From the NCBI GenBank assembly GCA_050633305.1, contig JBOEGF010000018.1, positions 672,001 through 736,000 on the forward strand: 64,000 bases of DNA, read 5' to 3'. The notes beneath the pieces are model-generated. The model saw only the letters and a program-made list of their open reading frames with translations. It had not been told where the DNA came from and made no database searches. This DNA comes from Nannocystales bacterium. GTDB taxonomy: Bacteria; Myxococcota_A; Polyangia; Nannocystales; Nannocystaceae. A program made the position numbers and the translations under genes. Each line of letters starts with the position of its first letter. The first letter of the stretch is position 1. Below are positions 57,790 through 64,000 of this stretch, piece after piece.

Positions 57790-58953
57790 ATGGCGACATT
57801 CAGCGAGGTACTCGCACGCGTGAAGTCCGAGATCCGCGAGGTCTCGGTCGATGAGACGAAACAACAAGCGGTCGACAAGAGCGGCCCTGTTCTCATCGAT
57901 GTTCGAGAGCGCGACGAGTACGAGCAGGGCTACATCAACGGTGCCGAGTGGATCCCTCGCGGGTTCCTCGAGATCAAGGTCGAGGACGCGGTGTCCAACC
58001 GCAACCAGGAGATCATCATCTACTGCGCTGGAGGAACCCGATCGGCGCTGGCTGCCAAGTCGTTGCTCGAGCTGGGGTACACGAACGTCGCGTCGATGGC
58101 CGGGGGATTTCGGGCCTGGAAGAACGCAGGCTTCGGCTTCGAGCGCCCACGGGTGATGAGCCCGGAGCAGATCAAGCGGTACAGCCGGCACATCATGCTT
58201 CCCGAGGTGGGGGAGGCAGGGCAGGCCAAACTGCTTGACGCCAAGGTCTTGTTCTTGGGAGCGGGCGGTCTGGGTTCGCCGTCCTCGCTCTACCTCGCCG
58301 CGGCAGGCGTCGGGACGATCGGCATGGTCGACGACGACGTTGTGGACGAGAGCAACCTGCAGCGGCAGGTCATCCACAACACCGAGCGGCTCGGGATGCC
58401 CAAGGTGGAGAGCGCGAGGCTTACCCTTCAAGCGCTCAACCCCGACGTCGAGGTCGTGCCGCACCAAACTCGCCTGAGCAGCGAAAACATCATGGAGCTC
58501 GTCTCCGGCTACGATGTTGTCGTGGACGGCGCGGACAACTTCCCGACCCGCTATCTGCTCAACGACGCCGCACTGAAGCTTGGCAAGCCGGTCGTGCACG
58601 CGTCGATCTACCGATTCGAGGGCCAGGTCACCACGTTCCTTCCTGGCGAGGGTCCCTGCTACCGCTGCCTCTACCCCGATCCTCCCCCGCCCGGAATGGC
58701 GCCCAGTTGCCAGGAGGCGGGCGTTCTCGGCGTGCTTCCGGGGATCATCGGCAGCCTGCAGGCGACCGAGGCTTTGAAACTCATCTTGGGCATCGGAGAA
58801 AGCCTGAGTGGGCGCCTGCTCGTTTACGATGCGCTCCGGACCAAGTTCCGGACGTTGAAGCTGCGCAAGGACCCGAACTGCCGCGTGTGCTCAAAGCCGC
58901 CCGAGGACATCGAACTCATCGACTACGAAGCCTTCTGCAGCATCGGAGGCTGA
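57790..58953 (+). CDS. moeB: Rhodanese-MoeB fusion (molybdopterin-synthase adenylyltransferase, MoeB/MoeZ-like)
   Basis: N-terminal DVRE..YCAGGTRS rhodanese, RYSRH, GAGGLG, SNLQRQ, CYRC and CxxC. Confidence 0.92.
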   Translation: MATFSEVLARVKSEIREVSVDETKQQAVDKSGPVLIDVRERDEYEQGYINGAEWIPRGFLEIKVEDAVSNRNQEIIIYCAGGTRSALAAKSLLELGYTNVASMAGGFRAWKNAGFGFERPRVMSPEQIKRYSRHIMLPEVGEAGQAKLLDAKVLFLGAGGLGSPSSLYLAAAGVGTIGMVDDDVVDESNLQRQVIHNTERLGMPKVESARLTLQALNPDVEVVPHQTRLSSENIMELVSGYDVVVDGADNFPTRYLLNDAALKLGKPVVHASIYRFEGQVTTFLPGEGPCYRCLYPDPPPPGMAPSCQEAGVLGVLPGIIGSLQATEALKLILGIGESLSGRLLVYDALRTKFRTLKLRKDPNCRVCSKPPEDIELIDYEAFCSIGG

Positions 58954-59114
58954 GTCATAGGGCGCGAGAATGAGCCCAAAACGGGGCTAGAAGGGGCCTA
59001 GAACGGGGTGGTTTGGTGTCGGCTTTTGTCGCACCATTGCGCCCCGTTTTCGCGTGCTTCCACCCGATCGGTGAATGTGACGCACACTCGGACTGTCTCT
59101 TCCTCGCCCGACCG

Positions 59115-59798
59115 ATGCGTACTGCACTCCTCCTCTCCGCCGCCTTGATCACCGTTGCGCTCCCTTCGGGGGACGCGCTGGCCAAGCCGAACACGTTTGT
59201 CAGCAGCTCCAAGAAGGGTCCGAAGGGTCTCAAGAAGGGCAAGTTCAAGAGCAAAGGCAAGAAGAGCAAGGGGAAGGGCAAAGGAAAAGGCAAAGGGAAG
59301 GGCAAGGGCAAAGGGAAGGGCGGCTCTGGCGGCGACTCGGGGTCGGGCGACTCCGGGTCGAGTTCGGACGACACGTGCGAGCTTCCCAACGGCGTGACCT
59401 CGATGGTCAAAGGAGCCGGCCAGCGTTTGAGCTTCACCTTCGCCGGCAAGGTCTGGGTTCGAAACGGGAACGCGAGCGGGAGCTTCTTCCTGGCCTTCCA
59501 CCCACAGAGCCCCGGCAGCGCGGTCGTGCACGTCACCTGCCGCTACAACGACTTCACCAACCTCGAGATCTCCGACGCGCGTGCGAGTTTCCGGATGTCG
59601 GGCAACTGTCAGCAGGTCTTCGACGACGGCCGCATCGAGCGCGTCAGCGCGACCAATGACGTCATCATCAACAACGCCGAGACCGACTCGGTTTCGATCG
59701 CGAACGTCGGCCCGGGGCTTTCAGTCCCCGGAGGGGCGGTGAGCTTCGGGAACTTTCAGATGTCCGGTGGGGACAGCGAGTCCCCGCCGCCGAGCTGA
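59115..59798 (+). CDS. Secreted hypothetical protein with Lys/Gly repeat tract
   Basis: Signal peptide ending ALA, a (KG)n tract and a beta-rich C-terminal domain. Confidence 0.7.
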   Translation: MRTALLLSAALITVALPSGDALAKPNTFVSSSKKGPKGLKKGKFKSKGKKSKGKGKGKGKGKGKGKGKGGSGGDSGSGDSGSSSDDTCELPNGVTSMVKGAGQRLSFTFAGKVWVRNGNASGSFFLAFHPQSPGSAVVHVTCRYNDFTNLEISDARASFRMSGNCQQVFDDGRIERVSATNDVIINNAETDSVSIANVGPGLSVPGGAVSFGNFQMSGGDSESPPPS

Positions 59799-59913
59799 GC
59801 AGCCTGACCTCCTTGGCGAGGTCCTCTCGGGGAGACTGTAGGGCATCCGTGTCGAGCGACGGATGCCCTTCTTGCGTCCGCCGCAGACCCACGAAGTGCG
59901 CGAACCGCCGCGC

Positions 59914-60702
59914 TCAGCTGCACTGGAACGACGCGTAGCTCCTGCACGCGCCCGCGATGCAGGTGTCTTCCCGGCACGTCTGCAGCGCAAGCGCAGCCGA
60001 CTCTGCACTCGGCGTCAGGCCCGCGCAGCAGTTGTCGAAACACAGTCCGCTGACGGCACAGTCCTGCATGCAGGCGACCGCCGTACTGCAGCCCGGCTGG
60101 GCGTCACATGCCGAGTCCTCCGGCTCGCACTCGTTTCCATGGGTGCAGGAGAAGCAATCGTCGCAAGTCTCCTCGCTCTCGGCGCAGCTTGCAGGCGGGT
60201 CTGTGGTGTCCGATGCATCCGTGGTTTCGGCGGACGTACTCGTACTCGTACTTGTGTCGACGGACGTCGTGCTCGGCGTGGTGTCCGTTGGCATGGTGTC
60301 CGTTGGCGCGGTCGTCGACGTGGTGGACGTCCCCGTGGTGGATGTGCTGCTGTCGCTATCGGTACTCGTCGGCGTGACCGTGGTGCCGCCTTGGGGAAGG
60401 CAGACATTGCCAGTGCACTCCAGGTCGGGTCCGCAGCGTCCCTGCCCATCGCACTCGCAGATCGCGGTGCCCGGGGTGCAGTTCTCCGCGATACAGATGT
60501 TTGAGGGGGTGCAGACCAGGTCAGGCTCGCACGCGCCAGCCAGGCACTCGCACCCGAAGCTGCCCTCGTTGCAGTTGCCCCCGGTCGCGCTTCCGTCTTC
60601 CGTGGCTGGCTCGGTGAAACATCCCGACAACAGCGCGAACAGGGTGGCCAGGCCGAGCGTGCCGATTCGGCGGGTGTTCCTCGTGTTCGAAATGAAATCC
60701 AT
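59914..60702 (-). CDS. Cys-rich lipoprotein
   Basis: LSGC lipobox, GSFGCEC..CEPDLVC modules, a Thr-rich linker and a Cys-rich helical tail. Confidence 0.8.
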   Translation of the reverse strand: MDFISNTRNTRRIGTLGLATLFALLSGCFTEPATEDGSATGGNCNEGSFGCECLAGACEPDLVCTPSNICIAENCTPGTAICECDGQGRCGPDLECTGNVCLPQGGTTVTPTSTDSDSSTSTTGTSTTSTTAPTDTMPTDTTPSTTSVDTSTSTSTSAETTDASDTTDPPASCAESEETCDDCFSCTHGNECEPEDSACDAQPGCSTAVACMQDCAVSGLCFDNCCAGLTPSAESAALALQTCREDTCIAGACRSYASFQCS

Positions 60703-60876
60703 GAGCATTCAAGGTCGGGGAACGAATACCCTCGCGGCGAAGACTCCCCAGTCCCCGCGTTTCTTCCCTACGGATCGTAGACCGTTTGCAAGACCGGGGG
60801 ATTCGCGTGTGGTCTCACTCGGCGGCAAAAAATCGGGCATCGGATTCTACGGCCCCGCGCGGTATAGCATGCACTA

Positions 60877-62601
60877 GTGAGAGGCTTCGACGAGGTCGCC
60901 GCGTTCATCCGGCAGCACGAAGTGGGCCGGAGGGCCCATATCGAAACGCCCTTTGGACGTCGATTGGTCTACTACGCCGATTTAACCGCAACGGGACGGT
61001 ATCTGCACTTCGTCGAGCGGTGGATCAACCGGGTGCGGCCCTTCTACGCCAACACGCACACCGCGGTGTCTTCGACCGGTCGCATCATCGGAAGCCTTCG
61101 AGAGAACGCCAGAGGTGTAGTCCGGGATGCGGTTCGTGCAGACCCGGATGATGAGGTGCTTTTTTGCGGGTCGGGGGCGACGGCGGCGATCAACAAGCTC
61201 GTGGGGTTGCTCGGGCTGGCGGCATCGCAACCGCTCCGGGCGCGCTGCAAGACACCGCCGGCCGAACGCGCAGTGGTGTTCATTGGCCCCTTCGAGCACC
61301 ACAGCAACGAGCTCCCGTGGGTCGAGTCCGACGCCGATGTGGTGGAGATCGGTCAGACCGCTGACGGAAGCGTGGACCTCGACGAGTTGCGGGCGGAGCT
61401 CGAGCGCTACGCGGATCGGCCGCTGAAGATCGGCAGCTTCTCCGCTGCATCGAACGTCACTGGGGGCTTCTCGGATGTGGGCGCGATTGCCGAGGAGTTG
61501 CACCGCGGAGGCGCGTACGCGTGCTTCGACTACGCCGCAGGAGGGCCATACATGCCGATCGACATGCATCCGCCCAACCCCGCTCAACGGATGGACGCGA
61601 TCTTCTTGTCGGTCCACAAGTTCATCGGGGGCCCCGAAGCGTCCGGAGTGCTCGTCGCCAACCGCTCCCTGTTTCGCTGCGATACGCCGGTTCGTCCGGG
61701 CGGGGGCACCGTGGAGTATGTGGCTGCCGCAGCCTCGGATGCGATCGACTACACCGTCCGGCTCGATGAGCGGGAGGAGGGGGGGACACCCGACATCCTG
61801 GGGGATGTGCGGGCTGGGACCGCGTTCTTGGTCAAGCAGATGATCGGCGCCGAGGCGATCGTCGAACACGAGTGCGAACTCGCGGCCAAGGTCCTGGAGC
61901 GCCTCGCTGCCCACCCTCGGATCTCTCTGCTCGGTTCGACAACCGCACCGCGCCTGGCGATCCTCTCGTTCAACGTCGACGGGCTGCACCACGACTTCGT
62001 CGCGGGTCTGCTCGACCATCTATTCGGGATCCAGAACCGAGCAGGCTGCTCGTGCGCGGGCCCCTACGGGCACCGCTTGCTGAATATCGGGCGCGAACTC
62101 TCAGAGAGGTTTCGCTCCCTCATCCACGAAGGGGTCGGCGGGATCAAGCCGGGCTGGGTCCGTGTGACGGTCCCGTTCTACGCAACGGCTGAAGATGTCG
62201 AGTTTCTGGTGTCGGCGATCGAGTTCGTCGCCGACCACGGCCGCACGCTTGTTCCGCTGTACGAACTGAGTTGGGCCGACGGCGTGTGGCGGCATCGCGA
62301 GCGCCCGCAACCCGACATCGAGCCCATCGAGCTCACGGTGGAGGCGCTGCAAGAGGCGGCCCAGTCGTTTGCTGCCGGCGATCATGAAGCGCCGATGAGC
62401 GAGCGCGAGATGCTCGCCAACCGGGAGCGATACTTCGAGGAGGCTCGCGCCCTCGTCGACCGATTGCAGGCGCAGTGGCGCACGACGCCCCCGCGGTTCA
62501 ACCCCCCGACGGGACGCGCCGAAGTCGACGAGCTGTGCTGGTTTCAGTACGTGTACTGCGACGAGGTTCCGCAGCCCCCGAGTGCTCACAGCGAGACGTG
62601 A
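60877..62601 (+). CDS. Class V aminotransferase (cysteine desulfurase-like)
   Basis: YANTHT, EHHSN, ASNVTG, DYAA, SVHK PLP lysine, EEGGTP and RAGCSCAGPYG. Confidence 0.9.
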   Translation: MRGFDEVAAFIRQHEVGRRAHIETPFGRRLVYYADLTATGRYLHFVERWINRVRPFYANTHTAVSSTGRIIGSLRENARGVVRDAVRADPDDEVLFCGSGATAAINKLVGLLGLAASQPLRARCKTPPAERAVVFIGPFEHHSNELPWVESDADVVEIGQTADGSVDLDELRAELERYADRPLKIGSFSAASNVTGGFSDVGAIAEELHRGGAYACFDYAAGGPYMPIDMHPPNPAQRMDAIFLSVHKFIGGPEASGVLVANRSLFRCDTPVRPGGGTVEYVAAAASDAIDYTVRLDEREEGGTPDILGDVRAGTAFLVKQMIGAEAIVEHECELAAKVLERLAAHPRISLLGSTTAPRLAILSFNVDGLHHDFVAGLLDHLFGIQNRAGCSCAGPYGHRLLNIGRELSERFRSLIHEGVGGIKPGWVRVTVPFYATAEDVEFLVSAIEFVADHGRTLVPLYELSWADGVWRHRERPQPDIEPIELTVEALQEAAQSFAAGDHEAPMSEREMLANRERYFEEARALVDRLQAQWRTTPPRFNPPTGRAEVDELCWFQYVYCDEVPQPPSAHSET

Positions 62602-62639
62602 CGGCGAGGGGCGAGGGGGGCTGGTAGATTCGGGCATCC

Positions 62640-63533
62640 ATGCGCCTTCACCTTGTCGACGGCACGTTCGAGCTCTTCCGGGCTCACTTCTCCAAGCGCC
62701 CGGGCGCAACTTCGTCCGACGGGCAGGACGTCAAGGCCACCGTCGGCGTTCTTCGCTCGGTGCTGGCTCTGTTCACCGAGGAAGACGAGCTTGCGACCCA
62801 TGTTGCGGTCGCGTTCGACAATCCGATCCGGTCGTTCCGCAACGACATGTTCGACGGCTACAAGACCGGGGAGGGCATGGAGCCTGTTCTCGTCGAGCAG
62901 ATGGACCTGGTCGAGAAGGCGACCGCAGCGATGGGCATCGCGGTGTGGTCGATGGATCGCTGGGAGGCCGACGACGCGCTCGCGGCGGGAGCGGTCAAGT
63001 TTGCCGATGCCGTCGAGCAAGTTCGCGTCATGACCCCGGACAAAGACCTCGGGCAGACGGTCCGCGGGACCTCCATCGTCCAGGTGGACCGGATCCGTCG
63101 CCGGGTCATCGACGAGAATGGGGTCCGCGAAGCGCGGGGTGTCTCCCCGGCGAGCATTCCAGACTATCTTGCGCTGGTGGGTGACACGGCCGATGGAATT
63201 CCCGGGCTCCCCGGCTTCGGCGCAAAGTCTACGGCGACCTTGCTCGCGCACTACGAGCACCTCGAATCAATTCCCGATGACCCTGCGGCTTGGGCGGTCA
63301 AGGTCCGCGGAGCGCAGCGGCTCGGCACGACACTCGCCGAGCGCCGCGAGGACGCGATGCTGTACCGGAGCTTGGCGACGCTGGCCCTCGACGTCCCGCT
63401 CACGGACGATCTCGAGTCCCTTCGGTGGACGGGTCCGACGGGCGATTGGGCATCGGTGTGCGAGTCGCTCGGGCAAGGTGGCCTCGAGCGCCAAGCCCAT
63501 GCGCTTGCGGCGAGCCGTGCTCGGAGTTCGTGA
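62640..63533 (+). CDS. Stand-alone 5'-3' exonuclease/flap endonuclease (PolI N-terminal-like)
   Basis: LVDG..FRAHF, YK, EADD, DKDL and DYLALVGDTADGIPGLPGFGAK. Confidence 0.93.
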   Translation: MRLHLVDGTFELFRAHFSKRPGATSSDGQDVKATVGVLRSVLALFTEEDELATHVAVAFDNPIRSFRNDMFDGYKTGEGMEPVLVEQMDLVEKATAAMGIAVWSMDRWEADDALAAGAVKFADAVEQVRVMTPDKDLGQTVRGTSIVQVDRIRRRVIDENGVREARGVSPASIPDYLALVGDTADGIPGLPGFGAKSTATLLAHYEHLESIPDDPAAWAVKVRGAQRLGTTLAERREDAMLYRSLATLALDVPLTDDLESLRWTGPTGDWASVCESLGQGGLERQAHALAASRARSS

Positions 63534-63538
63534 CTCGG

Positions 63539-64000
63539 CTACCCGATGAACGAGCGCAGGTAGTACGCAACCTTGAGGGTGACCGCATGGAACGGGTCGG
63601 CCTGTGCCGTCGACCCGGCCGGCAGGTTGTTGCGGTAGACCAAGAACATGTCGCTTCCCGGGAGGAAGCGCCATCGCAGCCGACTTTGCAGCCCGACCCG
63701 CTCCGATCCCGGTGAGAGGTCCAGACGTACGAGGTTGTCGAACGCCAGGTTCCGTGTGATCGCGATGTCGACGTTTCCATTGGCGAAGCCGAAGTTGAAG
63801 TCTTCGTCTCGGGATTGGAAACGGCCGACCAGGTGGGTGTAGGAGGCTCCGAGCGTGAAGTGCTTGCCCAGGCGGACGGTGGTCGATGCGCTGGGTTGGT
63901 GTGCGGCTCCGCCAAACAGTTGGATGAACTCGTAGCTGAGGTTCCCACCGACGACGCGTCGAGAGGGCAGGGCCGCGTAGGTCCGGTTGCGAAATCCTGA
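63539..64000 (-). CDS. C-terminal part of an outer-membrane beta-barrel (DUF5916-like) protein, 5' end outside window
   Basis: Not in the ORF track. Manual translation is open from 64000 to TAG at 63539 and includes QSRLRWRFLPGSDMFLVY..VTLKVAYY. Confidence 0.7.
   Translation of the reverse strand, partial: SGFRNRTYAALPSRRVVGGNLSYEFIQLFGGAAHQPSASTTVRLGKHFTLGASYTHLVGRFQSRDEDFNFGFANGNVDIAITRNLAFDNLVRLDLSPGSERVGLQSRLRWRFLPGSDMFLVYRNNLPAGSTAQADPFHAVTLKVAYYLRSFIG

Overview
High-GC, densely coding chromosomal segment, most likely from a myxobacterium (Myxococcota, Nannocystaceae-like). This is inferred from MXAN_5187-like, TIGR04551-like and AgmX-C-like proteins, many Cys-rich lipoproteins, and Ser/Thr kinase, FHA and PP2C genes. 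About 57 CDS are present. Housekeeping genes include def, comEC, selA, fpg, pyrC, selB, cinA-recA, radA, nagZ, thyA-folA, a MoxR-DUF58-BatA operon, moeB and a 5'-3' exonuclease. I saw no rRNA, tRNA, CRISPR array or mobile element. The standout is a compact His-Xaa-Ser-type RiPP-like locus at 11.9-15.2 kb: a radical SAM enzyme with two extra Cys clusters fused to a class I methyltransferase, two translationally coupled HxsD-like genes, and two tandem precursors sharing a conserved leader and ending in SHC(SHG)14SW and SHC(SHG)10SW. A FIST sensor gene and a c-di-GMP EAL gene flank it. Other oddities are a LETM1-like/EF-hand/GYF-like protein, a plant/fungal-type zincless Fpg and a candidate structured RNA. 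All family assignments come from recognising motifs by eye, not from database searches, and many start codons are best estimates.
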